Shown: positions 1-15,107 of the stretch, in pieces
How positions within the stretch are numbered: position 1 is the first letter of the stretch
Layout of the letters: each line of letters starts with the position of its first letter
Source of the DNA: Chrysomallon squamiferum
Lineage: Eukaryota > Animalia > Mollusca
Length of the DNA stretch: 64,000 nucleotides
Direction of reading: 5' to 3'
Assembly: GCA_012295275.1 (NCBI GenBank)
Contig: CM022678.1
Location: 9,362,001 to 9,426,000, forward strand
Notes under the pieces: model-generated
The model's input: the letters and a program-made list of their open reading frames with translations, nothing else
Told to the model about the DNA's origin: nothing
The model's database searches: none
Position numbers and translations under genes: made by a program

Positions 1-112
1 TTCTCTTTATAGCGGGTTTCCTCTCAAGACATTGCTCAAATAAAGTTGGCAGTTGTTAATAAGTTGTTAATAACCATATTTTGTACCAATTATATACTAC
101 TACTGCTACTAC

Positions 113-173
<61 letters not shown>

Positions 174-440
174 GGCCACTCTGTAAACTAATTAAACTCA
201 TTCTATATCACATATTAAGCTATGCATTATGAAGCAGCGAATAAACAGACAGGTAACTTTAAACAAATATAGATACATAATATAATACTAATACTAATAG
301 TCTCTGAGAGAAATTAATAACTTTTAATCACTGACATTTGTTATAAATATACACACACACATACACTCACACTCACACACACACACAAGAGGACAGATAC
401 ATTTTATTTATACAATGATTTATTCGGTACACAATGAACA

Positions 441-481
<41 letters not shown>

Positions 482-889
482 CATACAAGATAATATTAGT
501 GTATGATGAGAACGAGAGATAGAAAAAGAATGAAAGGAAGAACGGAGAAAACATGAAAAAGAAAATGTAAAAGAAAGAAAGAGAATATGAGATATGAAGT
601 GACAGAATGAAAAAATATGAGAGATAGAAGCGGTAAAATGAAAAGAAACAAAAATAATTAGAAACAAAACAACGAAAGAATAAAAAAGCTAGAGAAAGAA
701 TGAAAAATACTAAGAAATAAAATAAATTATATAACCGGCGGCTTGGAAAATAAGATGAGATTTTTGACGTCATGGGTATTCATTTGAAGGACACTGTAAG
801 TTCAAGTTGACAGCACAGCTATACAATGTACTGCAGTGTAATAATGTCGCTAATTTATTTATTTTCGTCCCGGTTTACTAAACTCATTT

Positions 890-934
<45 letters not shown>

Positions 935-1134
935 NNNNNNNNNNNNNNNNNNNNNNNNNNNNNNNNNNNNNNNNNNNNNNNNNNNNNNNNNNNNNNNNNN
1001 NNNNNNNNNNNNNNNNNNNNNNNNNNNNNNNNNNNNNNNNNNNNNNNNNNNNNNNNNNNNNNNNNNNNNNNNNNNNNNNNNNNNNNNNNNNNNNNNNNNN
1101 NNNNNNNNNNNNNNNNNNNNNNNNNNNNNNNNNN
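935..1134. other. Assembly gap (200 N)
   Basis: N run flanked by (CT)n. Confidence 1.
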
Positions 1135-1254
1135 TTGGTATACTTCGTTCAGTTACGTATTGCTCATTTATTAGTTTTGACATCATTTCATAAACAGGAA
1201 ACATAAAATCCCTGAAAGACTAAGCATATGCCATGAGATATATATATATATATA

Positions 1255-1301
<47 letters not shown>

Positions 1302-1887
1302 TTTTTAACATTTGTATCTACAAAATGACTTTTTAAATAGTAAAACATCAGGCCCCGATCTCTTTTCATAATAAACTAAACTGAGTGAAGATTGTCTCGT
1401 ATAAGTTAAACATAAAAGTGGAAAAAGAAGAATTTTTACTCTATTTAATAAAAACTAAAAGCATACACCCTGTCCAAAACAAAGAAACTATGCTAACTGA
1501 ATAAATAGTCTTTTTTCACATAAGTATTGTTTACCATATTGAAAGATTTCAATGACATAAATTGTGATATCATTAATTTAAAATAACAAATTACATCTTT
1601 AAGTGAAATTCTAAATAAAAGCAGAATAGAAATTTACTTACTTTGAATTCTTCATCTGATAAGTTGGTGAACTGAAATAAAAATATACATTTGAGGCAGC
1701 TGTCCTAATGGGGAAACAAGTCTGGATATTGCTGACATTTTGCTAGTTAAGGAAAATGATGGATGCAACATGAACTGCTGAACTCAAAAGGTGTTTCCTA
1801 ATTTAACTAATGTCTGCACAGACTGAAATAAAAGAAACCTTGTCATGTTAATATAAAAAGTCATGTAACTAAAAAAAACTCTAACTT

Positions 1888-2262
1888 CATGTTACATGTA
1901 ATTATACATGTTTTAAATAATAAAACTAGGAAAAAAAAATAAAAATACACAAAACTGAAAAAAGGACTCATGTTACATGTAATTATACATGATTTAAATA
2001 CACATAACTGAAAACTAGGACTGAAGATATCATGTCATGTTACATGTAATTATACATGATTTAAATACACATAACTGAAAACTAGGACTGAAGATATCAT
2101 GTCATGTTACATGTAATTATACATGATTTAAATACACATAACTGAAAACTAGGACTGAAGATATCATGTCATGTTACATGTAATTATACATGATTTAAAT
2201 ACACATAACTGAAAACTAGGACTGAAGATATCATGTCATGTTACATGTAATTATACATGTTT
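1888..2262. repeat. 67-bp minisatellite, ~5 copies
   Basis: catgttacatgtaattatacatgatttaaatacacataactgaaaactaggactgaagatatcatgt at 1969, 2036, 2103, 2170. Confidence 0.92.
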
Positions 2263-5200
2263 TAATCAGGTGTTTGCTCAAACCTGTATAGTGGGATTCA
2301 GTATACACAGTGCAGACAAGATTACACACAATCAGATGACTGTAACCAAAACAAAGCATTTAATACCACCTTGAAAAACACACACACATACACACATACA
2401 TACACACACACACAGAAACACAAAGACACTGTATGTAAGTAAATACAAACATACAAACAAGGCTCAAAACTCATCTGAAATAAATTGAGTGACACTAATT
2501 TGTTTTTGGTAGCCCGAACAAAAAATATTCATATTTCAGCATTTGAGTGTAGGAAAACATGTACTGATCATTAACTTTTGAAGCAAGATAAAAAAGAGTC
2601 ACTTATGCAAAAATACCAACAGATGTGATACTGAAATTCTACTTTATCAAGAGAAAGAAAAATCAATTCTTTTTTTTAACATCCCAGTCACCCAAACAGA
2701 ACTTTGGTAGCATTTGGTGACTGGCCATTATAAGCCCTGCATTCATCTACATATGTACTTAAACACATTACTATTATTTATTATTATAAAATATATCCAG
2801 ACCACTTACTTCAGAAAATGTTTCTCTTTTATTGAATTCCTCTGTCTGGCTTGTAACTGTATCAGATGAATTTGTCATCTTCACGATTTTTCTCTCAAAA
2901 TCACCTGAAAAACCAGAAAGAGATTTATTTTCAGCTTGCACAATTAAGTTTGCAAATCAAGATTACTTATTTAGCAATTTTGGAAGGGAAGCTGGATCAG
3001 CCACAATTAACAAACTCAAAATGGTTTCCAGCTTACAGTTTGTTTTATCTGTATTCACTGAGTACATTTCTCTTTTATTTCCTCTTTCATCTTGAACTTC
3101 TACATTGATCTAGCAGACTGTTTTGGCAGGCATCCTAGCTACTAATAATTATTTATGATGAGCCACAAATTGTGATAGGATTATATCTCATAGGAAAAAA
3201 ATAAAACCAAATTCCTAAATAAAAATCAAAGAAAATATATTTCAGGTTAGCTATATATATATATATATATATCACAGTTAAGTTTTGCTATGTTTGTGTA
3301 ATTCCCAACTTTACTTAAAAACTGTTAAGGTTTATTAAAAAAAATAAAAATTATTTATAAAAAAATATATATATTTCCTTAATTATTAGGATCAACATTG
3401 AGTGTCAAAAACAAAAACCATGATATAAAAATACATTTTTGCCTTAACACAAAAATTAAAGTTATTAATAATAATAATAATATTTATTTATTATTATTGT
3501 TGTTGTTGTTGTTGTTATTATTATTATATTAACATTAGCATAATCACCACCATTATTATCATAATCATTTCTGTTACTATGTTTTCTTAGATTACTAAGA
3601 ACTTTAAAATTTAAAGATTGTTCACCTTCTGTGTATCTCCTTGACATCTCCAGAGATTTTCCAAATGGAGCAGTTGTTTCATAACCCTTTAGGAAAGAAA
3701 GAAAATAAAACAAAACATGAAATCACATTCCTATATAAAATGAGTTGATCAACCAAGATTTTAATATATAATTTTAATTTAGTTATTGATGTTGATTTAC
3801 TAATTTCCTGTAGTACATTACATATTTAAATTAATTATACACAGATAAAAACTGAAGATAACATTAACATATTAGAAAAGATATTTGTTGTTTTTTTAAA
3901 CATATTCTCTGTTAATCCTTAGATTCATCATCTTCAAATATAATCAGAAAACAGCTGTAGTGTTGATAAGAAAACAGGAGAGTGAAAATAAATAAATATA
4001 TAATGTGTAATGCTAGTTAATATTCTCAGCAATTCCAGTGTGTGAGGGCAACACAGAAAGTGAAGGTATATTTGTTATAAATCTAAACAGTTAACAATAT
4101 TCTCAATGATTTAGTTTTAAATATCTAAGAATAATGTGATATAAAAAAGAAATAAATCTTCAACAGTTAAAATGCATATTAATGATAACAAAAACAAAAA
4201 ACTAAAAACAACAAATCCACAACAAACACCCAGTGTTACTTCTGGAAACAAATAAAAAATTAAAAAACAAAAACATTTTAGACAACAAACTGCCAACACA
4301 GCCTATTCAGAAAAGATTTAAGGAAAAAAGAAGAAAAGAAAAATGTGTTTCTTGATAATAGTATGATATTGTCAATCTAATTATCATTTACAGTTTGTTA
4401 TACCAATAAAACTTACTTCTTGTTGGTCTTTATCCCTCCAAGAAAGAAAATACATGTTTCTCCTGTATCATTACATCCATACAAAACATAATTAAAACTT
4501 TACTAACCTTTTCACTGCAACCATTTTCTGCATTTTCAGCTCGTTTATTGTCATTCATTCTGAAACGCAAATAACAGGGTGATAAATCCAATAAGTCAGC
4601 AGGTAATTTAAATATTTTGGAAAAACACAAAGAATTACTAAGAAATGTATTTAAAATAATTTTTAAAATAAGTTAAAAAAACAAATAAATTCATTAACAC
4701 AAACTGCAGTGTGTCAAAATCCATAAACTGATGCTGTTATCAATAAAACATTCTCCCTGTCTAGCATTACAAAAACTGAGAGTCTGTATGTATGTATGTA
4801 TGTGTGTGTGTGTATACAAAAACTGAGAGTCTGTAGTGTGTGTGTATGTATGTGTGTATACAAAAACTGAGAGTCTGTAGATGTGTGTGTATGTATGTGT
4901 GTGTATACAAAAACAAAACTGTATTTGATATTTAAATGCAACATATTCTGTTGATGGTTTAAAAACATAATAATTAGGATAAAAAAGTATGGTTATATCA
5001 TATATGTATCATTTATGTATAAGCTGGCATTTAGAAATATAGAAATGAAATTCATTTTTAAACAAATGTTGATAACATTATAGATAATATGATTTGTTTT
5101 TGCTCCAGTGAGTGGCAATAAAAACATCTTCTAGCCCTGTTTCCTAAAAGCTCATAGAAATCACAAAGTTTCCCATCAATGCAACAACTATCACAGCAGC

Positions 5201-5499
5201 AGTGAAACAAACCTTAAACCTGTCCCAAACATAAAAATAAAAAAAAGTAAAAAGAGAATAAATAAGAGTAAAAATGTAAGTGGAGAAGAGAACAGAAAAT
5301 AAGGGTAAGCAGTAGCTAAGCTGGTCAAGAAGTGACATATGGAGGATGTCAAATACACAAACAATGAGCTTGGATGTTCATCTGCACGAATTTATCAGTC
5401 AAAACCAGTCTCAGCAGTCACAGTATGGACAACATGGACACACTGTGGATCCCACAGTCAGCATTCTGGTTTAACTTCACCAGTTGTGCACAAGTAAGA

Positions 5500-6240
5500 T
5501 GTCAGTATAAAATCAGATGCTTTGACTAGAAAGTTAGATATGATGTGTGGTGAATTGAAAAAACTTCACCTGATTGAGAAACCACTGAATAGTATGGATA
5601 TAGCTGTACAAAACATTACTGGTAAAGTGATGGATATCAAGAAAAAAGTGCAAGATATGGAAATGGGTATGAATTACAATAACAAACAGTTTGAAAGGAA
5701 TAAAAAAGATCTCAGAAATTTGACATCTGTTGTGTCAGATATGAACAGTTCTACTGTAAACTTAGAGATAATAATAACAGTATGAAACAAATATGTGATT
5801 TAAAAACAGTTTGGAAACTTAAAAGAAAAACTTACAATGAACTCACTTCATGCATGACAATTTATTCTTCTGTTGAATACCAGAGAAAGACGAGGAAGAC
5901 ACAGAAGAGGAGTTGAAAAGGTTTATAAAAAATTCAATGAAAGTAGAAAATAATACTGACTTTCACAGAGTGCACTGAATGGGGAGGAAGTTTGGTGGAT
6001 ATACAAGGACTATTTGTTGCAAAATTCATTTTATACAAAGACAGAGAAATAGCGAGAACAGCTTTACCCAAAACAAGCTGATAAACAAGCAATACAGGGT
6101 TAATGAATAATTCAACAAAGAAATTAATGAGAGAAGGAAATTACTGCATCCAGATTACAAATCAGCAAAAAGGCAAAGGAAAAGAGCGACTTTAAGTGGT
6201 GATAAATTGTATATGGAGGGCAGGCTGTTTAGACTATGAG
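5500..6240 (+). mobile_element. Decayed non-LTR retrotransposon ORF1 (coiled coil + RRM-like + CTD, L1-ORF1p type)
   Basis: Coiled coil in ORF 5522, then IPEKDEEDTEEELKRFIK..DFHRVH..VAKFILYKDRE..EINERRKLLHP..ATLSGDKLYMEG, with stops and frameshifts. Confidence 0.75.
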
Positions 6241-6899
6241 AGGATGGGACAGAAGCCAGAAACACAAACATAACAACTCAGCCAACAGAAACAAAAATAT
6301 AGACCACAGCAACACAAGCCAAGCTCTCACCAAGACAAGCCAATTCAGTCAGTGCAATACAACAAGGGAGGACGACAAGTCTTACAAAGCAAAAACAGTG
6401 TTGAGTAAATGTCAGTAAACTCTCTCATTTGTAAAAATACCCAAAACAAAAATCATATAGAAATAAGCCCTTATGTTTTAAAAATAACAGAGATTAATGT
6501 GAATGGTTTGGGAAGAAACCCACCTAATAATGTAATAAAGAAAAATCCTTATAATAAGGTGCAAGAAAGGAAGTCAGAAAAGCCAGAAGAAGATATACAC
6601 AATCTGGTGGAAGCATACTGAAAGCTGGCTTGAAGTATGAAGAGAATCAGTATAAACAAACTCTAAACAGAGCTGTTAGGGAATATAGAACATATTAAAC
6701 AAAAAAAGAAAATACTAAAAACTTCAAAACCCAACTTCAGTTGTGGTCAGTTCTAAACAGAAATAAACAGGGATGGTCAAAAGTGGAGGTGACAATTGCT
6801 TCTTCAGCCAAAGAAATATCTAGTGAAGAGACTCCACTGTAATTGATCAGCTGTAGAAAACTTTATTATCAGTGAACATGTTAATTATACTGCTAATGT

Positions 6900-7680
6900 A
6901 ATGCTGCTTTTATATGTACTGTTAGTCTATTGTTGAATGTTATTCTTGACTCTGCAATTATACCATCCGATTGGTTAGTGGAACTCATCAAACCAATATA
7001 TAAAAATAAAGCTGCTCGAAAAGACCCTGAAAATTATTGACATATCACATTATTAAGTTGCTTAGGTAAATTATTTACATCTGTACTTAATTCTGGATTA
7101 AATAAGTGTGCAGATGAAACAAACCTGATTTCAGAAAATCAAGCTGGATTTCGTTAAAATTATTCATATATTTTCTTTATACTAATTATTTTAACGAACA
7201 AATGTAAAAAGAAATAGTATTGTGCTTTTATAGATTTTGAGAAAGCGTTTGATTATGGAGTAAGTTAGTTAGGTCTGGTATAAATGGAAAATGTTTTATT
7301 GTCTTAGTAAATATGTATGAAGATACTAAGGCTAGAATTACAGCAAACAGTTTGTTATCTGATAGTTTTAATTGTGAAACTGGTGTCAGGCAAAGAAAAA
7401 AAAAAATAACCATTTTTATTCTTCTGTTTTTCTAAAAGACTTAGACAAATTTCTTATAGTTAATAAGGCAAATGGACTAGAATCAATTACAACATTTAGT
7501 GAAGAATTTAATGTTTATTTAAAGTCTTTTTCTTATTCTTATATTGATGATAAAATACTGTTAGAAGAATCAACTGATGCTCTACAACATAATCTTAACA
7601 TTTTTTTATTTTTACTCCTGACTATGGACACTTAAAGTTAATACAAATAAAACAAAAATAATGATTTTCAGTAAAAAAAA
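6900..7680 (+). mobile_element. Decayed LINE reverse transcriptase fragment (CR1/L2-group-like)
   Basis: PSDW..IKPIYKNK..DPENY..ITLLSCLGKLFTSVLN..ENQAGFR..IDFEKAF..GVRQ..LKVNTNKTKIMIF; multiple stops. Confidence 0.85.
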
Positions 7681-9938
7681 CAAGAACTAGTAACAAAAAT
7701 ATAATTAACAAAACTTTAGCAATTGTTTTTGAAACTGAGGAAAACAACTATTAAATTTGAATAAATGGGAATAGTAGCTGAAAACATATCAACAATAATT
7801 ATGAAAAAACAAAAGTAAAAAAAGTATAAAAATGATTACCTGTAATATTAACAATGATGACGTAAAAATAAAAAAATAAAAGATTTATTTTCATGTATAT
7901 TTTTAAAATTGAGTATTAGTGTGTGTCGCAAAGATACCAACTGTTTAATAAAAAAACAAATAAAAAAAACAAGTTGATTCCTATATAAATATAGATCAAC
8001 ATATAAAGTGTCTATACTTTTCTTATATTTGTATAATATATAATGTTTTTTAGAAAACAAATACTGTAGATTAATTACTCTGAGGATTTGTATCAAGGTG
8101 TAGTTAAACTGTATTAACTTAGAACATGACAGTCAAACACAAAACTCTTACATTAACTAGTTTCCTGCTGTCTCTGTCTACAAGCCTCTTGGTGAGTAAC
8201 CAGGTTCGCAGAACACTGTTGATGCTGAGATATGCAGCTACATTTGCCCTAAAACAAAAAATAAAGTAAGTAAATTTCAAAAACAGTAAATACTTTAACA
8301 TTACAATATTTACTTGTTACACTTTTGGAAAATCTACCTTCTTATTTTATTTTTTATTGATGCAAGAAATTTAAATTTGTATGGAAACAATATCTGCATA
8401 TCCCTTTTTTTTAAATCATATTTATTTTATATACATGTTCATAATAATACATATTATCATTATTTACAAATAAACAATAAAATTATATATAATATTAATA
8501 TTGTAACATTGAGATGGCATTATGTAACTTATAAAAGCTGGTAGTAAACTGAATTACTTGTCCATTATACCCAGCATCTGTCTATAAACATGTTGAGCAC
8601 ATCTGAGTGAGTTAGTCTGTACAAATGTCTCTTAACAGCCAGCAGTGGAGAAGTGATTGCTCTTCACTGAACTGTGCACTACACACATGGTCAAGTGGTC
8701 ATCCTAGGCCGGACAGAACCTAAACTTTTTTCTGGACAGAAGAGGGCTTGTTTATCCTGTAAAGTGATACATTAGATTTATCACTGATAACCTTTATCAA
8801 TAAAATTAGTTAACTAAGAAAATGTAAAATTTATCAGTGATAAAATTAGTTTACCAAATAAAAAAGTTCCGTTCCGTTTCCATTAATCTCAAATATTTAT
8901 TTCATATAAAGCATTAAAAGGTTTGCTAGTAGTTCGATAAAGTGGACTTATCGGCTTACCTCAACTGAACTGTACTGAAAAAAAAATTAATGTGCTAATC
9001 AGAGCAAGTCGTTGTGAAGCACGTCTACGACGGGCACGCTTTCTGACAGGTCAGCGGGCGTGTCCGTCGCAGAATTACCTTAATTTGCCAATATCGGTTT
9101 ATAAACACTAACTTCCTAGACCGGATAGGCATGGCGTCAAACTGTAGTCTTGATAAACAAAACCACGAGTCTCGCTGACCCTGTATCGTAAAACTGATCG
9201 GGACCGTTCGGATCATCTCGGCCGATTAAACGGTGACACTCCAGTCCTCTGTACATATTTTGCCTAGCAAAATAAATAAATTATGTACAAACACAACACA
9301 ATCCGTTCTCTTCAGAAAAAAGATCTGGTTGCAGAAAATAATAATAATAAATAAATAAATAAATAATAAAGTAAAATAAAATAAAATAAAGTAAAATAAA
9401 ATCATATATCTGTTTCATTTAAACTTTAATTTTTAACCCTGAGGAATTGTTTTGTTTCATTTGTAGTGATGGTTTCGGGGAATTAATTTCTACAAATTCT
9501 GTAATATTTTTTATAAGAATAAAGAAATTAATAATTTTTTAAATACTAAATAAAATCAGTCTCGATAAACAACGATGTTTCGAACATACACGAATTCGAA
9601 TGTACGCTACGCTTTTCTAACCAGTTTGAACTGATGCTTGATAACCAGACTATTTTTATTTTTAATTCGGTAACGTTTTACTTGTTGATTATTCAGTTTA
9701 ATATAATTTTGGAAATATTTCACGAGAATCCAAATGGATTGGGATGTTTTATGTTTGTGTGAATCCAAGCGTAAATCGGATGCGGAGATATGGGGACATT
9801 TTCAGCCATGGAACGAGGTAAACATGATCATGATGTAATCATAATGTGTATCACTGTATCATAATCATGTGTGAAAGAAGCAGAAAGAGATGTATTCATC
9901 GTATAAACTATAAACTGTATAATCGTTTTCGTATTGTC

Positions 9939-10003
<65 letters not shown>

Positions 10004-11334
10004 TGTGTGTGTGTGTGTGTGTCTGTGTGTTGGCAATTTCATATGTAAATACATTTATTATAACATTCACAAACAATAATAAGCAGAAAAAATGCATTTA
10101 TCTGACAAATGTAGTTTGATAACAAAAAATATCATGTTCTTAAAAAAAATAATAAACATTGTATTTACTATTGGTATTGCGATTTTTCGAACGTCACTGC
10201 ATTATTATTAGGTCTGTCAAGAAAGGGAATTTACATCATGGAGAAGCATGAATGACCGTTTATTTATTAATCACAATGTACACTGAAAATATCCCACAGC
10301 CCATATTGTGTGAACAGTCCAGTAACTGATTCCAGTAACATTTAAATCTTAATAATAAAGAAGTATTAGCTATTTATTATAATTGTTTATTTATTTATTT
10401 TATTATTATTTTTTTTTTGGGGGGTGGGGCACATACAGCTCTGATTGATGTGCTAATGTTGGCATATTCCAGTGAAGTTCTTTCGGTAGACTTTGCTGTC
10501 CTGGCCATCAGGAATTCTGTTGTTTTATTTCTTTCTTTATATTTATATTTATAATTTGTACTCAAACATATACTTATACTTATTTTTTTATTATTTAGTT
10601 ATTGTTTTTTTTTATTATTCTGTTAATTACTAAACATTTTAAATCTTCTTTTATTAAAATGAATTTGTTTGGCTCTGTTAAAGTTTATTTTCTTCATTTT
10701 ATACTTTGGAAAATAAATGGTAAATATATGGTAAAAATATTTAGTTTTAGTGTATATACTGAATGATGTTTTTACCTATCTAAATACAATTTTATTATTT
10801 AAAATTCAGACTTTAAGAGATCCGTATATAATGGTCAGTATTTCAAAATGCTACCAATAAAGAAAGTATTTCAAAATATTCATACTTCTAATCAGATTAT
10901 TAAAAGATAGCTGAAAAGAAGCAGAATATTTATAGTAAAGTAATTGTAGTATACACATAGCTTGATAACTTAGTATTCTTCCATATTTTCATATTTCCAT
11001 TAGCATTGTTTTATTTATATTTTTAGCTTATATTTATACTAGAAGTAATCAAAACCATTTCTTGTTTTGTTTTGAACTTGCCAGAAAACAGACTACTTTT
11101 TTATTTATTTTTGGTATGAAAGGTTAAAAAGAGATTTTGCTCTCCCTCAGTTTTTAGTATAATTTGATAATTCTAAGAAAGACTATATAATGCATTTAGT
11201 AATTTATAATTTAGTAATTTCAAAAAAAAATATTTTATGACAGTTGTATTTATATTTGCAACCATATTTTCTCTTGATTTCAAGGTCTGCCCTCTGTTAA
11301 TATATATATTTTTTCTATTTTGTTATTTCCACAG

Positions 11335-12422
11335 AAGTGACATGGGTTTCACATCATCGAAAATGAAAAGCTGATCATGTGATTTGACTGACTAACCTTG
11401 TGAAACTGGAGTTTTTGTTGAAAGCAGCCAGACCAAGACTTAAACTGACACAAGCTTTAACACCAACATATCCACTTAGTCAGATTTTAAATCTTTTAAA
11501 AATATTCAGGTAATTATGTCTGTAAATATGTCTTAGTCTGTCTGTCTGTTTGTCTTTCTGTCTGCCTCCCTATTTATTTACTTTATTTCTATCTCTGTCT
11601 GCTTTTCTGTTTGTCTGTGTGTATTTCTTTACTTGAAAATATTCAGATAAATATGTTTGTCTCTATGAGAATCTGTCTATATACCTATGTCTCTACTTAC
11701 TAAATATTTTTCTGTTTGTCCTTCTGTATGTCAGTCTCTGTCTTTACATCATTTCTTATTTGTCCCTAATTAGCAAGTTTCTTTGTTTTTTCTTTCTTTC
11801 TTTTCTTTATGTTTTTGTATTGATATATTTTTGCATTGTAATATTTTTGAAGTATAATAAAGAAAGAGAATATTTTAAATAATCTATCTTTAAGTTCTCT
11901 TTTGATAATTCTGAACATAAATAGCTTAAGAATCAGTTTTTTAAATAATTCTAAATTTATAGTTTTAATTTATAAAAATGATCGATAAACAAGTTTTAGT
12001 ATACAGTTGATTATTTGTAATTTGATTTATTTATGAATCTTTCTATCTATCTTCTGTCTGTGATCTAATGTATGTATGTATCTGTCTATCATTTATTTAT
12101 TTATTTTCTTATTATTTTTCGATTTGTTTAAAATATAATCATACTGAATTACATAATATTGGATATTTACATTCATTATTATTAATCTTTTCATTATTTT
12201 AATTAATATTACAACCTACTGAATAATTTAGTATTCAATATTTTCATTAATTATTAACACCTTTATTTTTGTTTATTTACTTATTTTTTTAACTAGGTTT
12301 TAAATTTATCAGGAAACAGATTTGGAATCCAGGCTTTCCGAGCTGTGTGTTTGGCAATGTGTTCTAACACAACAGTGATCTTCCTTAGCCTCACCACCAA
12401 CAAAACAGACACTGAGAGTGCT
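11335..12422 (+). pseudogene. RI-like leucine-rich-repeat gene exons, copy 1 (11335-11509 degraded; 12297-12422 intact)
   Basis: ag/gt-bounded exons. Phase-0 join ..SFKNIQ|VLNLSGNRFGIQAFRAVCLAMCSNTTVIFLSLTTNKTDTESA fits the LxxLxLxxNxF LRR consensus. The first exon has stops and frameshifts. Confidence 0.65.
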
Positions 12423-13143
12423 GTGAGTAATCTTAGCTATAACTGTTATAAAATGTTTTATAATAATAATAACAGTAGTGGTAGTAATAATAATAATAAT
12501 AATAATAATAAAACCCAAGAACAAGAAATTATTTTTATATTTATATATATGTATAATTGTGAAAAACAAATTCTTGTTTTCTCTTCTTCTTCATCTTCTT
12601 CTTTGTCTTCTTCTTCTTCTTCTTCTTCGTTGTCTTCTTCTTCTTCATCTTCTTCGTTGTCTTCTTCTTATTATTATTATTATTGTCATTATTACTGTTA
12701 TTATTGTCATTATTATTGTTACTATTGTCATTATTCTTGTCTTTGTTATTGTTATTATTAATATTATTCTTGTCATTGTTATTGTTATTATTAATATTAT
12801 TATTGTCATTATTATTAATATTATTATTGTCATTGTTATTGTTATTAATTGTCCAGTATTATCAATTAGCTACTAATATTGCTACTTCTGCTACTGCCAC
12901 TGTTACTACTGTTATCCTACTACTGAAAAAATAGTTACTAACAGTGACTTTCAACACACTAAATCTATTAGCAACAACTACTATATATCTATTTACCACT
13001 ATGTCTGTTACTGCTGTTTCTACACATTATTTTTTCTACTATTACTACTACTACTACAACTACTACTACTACTACTACTACTGTGGTGACTGCAGTTATT
13101 TACTAACACCTCTTATTGTATTTACTACTACTATTCAACCTAA

Positions 13144-14712
13144 GCTAATTCTACCACAGTTATCACTGTCACTGTTAATGCAGCAATTACTACTACTAGT
13201 ACTGTTACTACTAATACTACAGCTATTACCACTAGTACTATTACTAGTACTGTTACTACTAATTCTAGAACTAATACCACTAGTACTATTACTAGTTTTG
13301 TTACCACTAATACCAGGGCTATGAATTCTGCTGCTGCAGCTTCTACTACTAGTACAACAACAGCAACTGCTACTACTGCTACCACTGCTACTACTACTGT
13401 TACTAATACTAAAACTACTACAGCTACTGCTGAGTCAACTGCTATAACCAACAGTACCAATGTTACTACTAGTTCTATTGCTAGTATTACTACAACTACT
13501 ACAACTACTACAGCTACTACAAGTGAGTCAACTGGTATAACCAACAGTACCAATGTTACTACTAGTTCTATTGCTAGTATTACTACAACTACTACAACTA
13601 CTACAACTACTACAGCAACTACAACTACTGCTACTGCTGAGTCAACTGCTATAACCAACAGTACGAATGTTACTACTAGTTCTATTGCTAGTATTATTAC
13701 AACTACTACAACTACTACAACTACTGCTACTGCTGAGTCAACTGCTATAACCAACAGTACGAATGTTACTACTAGTTATGTTGCTAGTATTACTACAACT
13801 ACTACAACTACTACAACTACTGCTACTGCTGAGTCAACTGCTATAACCAACAGTACCAATGTTACTACTAGTTCTATTGCTAGTATTACTACAACTACTA
13901 CAGCAACTACAACTACTACAACTACTGCTGAGTCAACTGCTATAACCAACAGTACGAATGTTACTACTAGTTCTATTGCTAGTATTACTACAACTACTAC
14001 AGCAACTACAACTACTACTGCTGAGTCAACTGCTATAACCAACAGTACGAATGTTACTACTAGTTCTATTGCTAGTATTACTACAACTACTACGGCAATT
14101 ACAACTACTACAACTACTACTGCTGAGTCAACTGCTATAACCAACAGTACGATTGTTACTACTAGTTCTATTGCTAGTATTACTACAACTACTACAGCAA
14201 CTACAACTACTACTGCTGAGTCAACTGCTATAACCAACAGTACCAATGTTACTACTAGTTCTATTGCTAGTATTACTACAACTACTGCTACTGCTGAGTC
14301 AACTGCTATAACCAACAGTACGAATGTTACTACTAGTTCTATTGCTAGTATTACTACAACTACTACAACTACTACAACTACTACTGCTGAGTCAACTGCT
14401 ATAACCAACAGTACGAATGTTACTACTAGTTCTATTGCTAGTATTACTACAACTACTACAACTACTACTGCTGAGTCAACTGCTATAACCAACAGTACGA
14501 ATGTTACTACTATTTCTATTGCTAGTATTACTACAACTACTACAACTACTACAGCAACTACAACTACTGCTGAGTCAGCTGCTATAACCAACAGTACGAA
14601 TGTTACTACTAGTTCTATTGCTAGTATTACTACAACTACTACAGCAACTACAACAACTAGTGCTGCTGCTGTTACTATTCTACTGTTAAAACATTATGAT
14701 GTCTTCTACTAA
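13144..14712 (+). repeat. (ACT)n-derived compound minisatellite; reads as a mucin-like ORF (AESTAITNSTNVTTSSIASIT)n
   Basis: ~13 units of gctgagtcaactgctataaccaacagtac(c/g)aatgttactactagttctattgctagtatt separated by variable act/aca tracts. Shorter arrays at ~17400-17800 and ~48200-48700. Confidence 0.85.
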
Positions 14713-15107
14713 CTACATTTTTCATTACATAAAGTAACTGTAGTATAAAAATAGCTTGATAACTTAGTATTCTTCCATATTTCCATTAGCATTGTTTTAT
14801 TTATTTTTTAGCTTATATTTATACTAGGATTAATCAAAACCATTTATTGTTTTGTTTTGAACTTGTCAGAAAACAGAATACTATTTTATTTTTTTGGTAT
14901 GAAAGGTTAAAAAGAGATTTTGCTCTCCCTCAGTTTTTAGTATACTTTGATAATTCTAAGAAAGACTCTATATAATGGATTTAGTAATTTATAATTTAGT
15001 AATTTAAAAAAAAATATATAAATATCCTGTTAGAATAAAATATTAATTATTAATATATGTATCTGTCAAAAATAGGGATATTTTTTTCTATCTTGTTATT
15101 TCCACAG

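Larger units (their letters stand above)
1642..9256 (-). pseudogene. Unidentified multi-exon gene or gene relic; hosts the LINE in an intron
   Basis: Higher-complexity blocks with minus-strand splice signals at ~9256-9079, 8756-8558, ~8247-8150, ~4560-4417, ~3690-3600, ~3190-2810 and ~1822-1642. Frames contain stops and no family is recognised. Confidence 0.35.

Noticed and set aside
12345-13324. Hydrophobic 'membrane protein' ORFs (poly-I/L/V; also 16.3-16.7, 27.4-27.7 and 39.9 kb)
   Set aside because: Translations of (ATT)n, (CTT)n and (ACT)n repeats.
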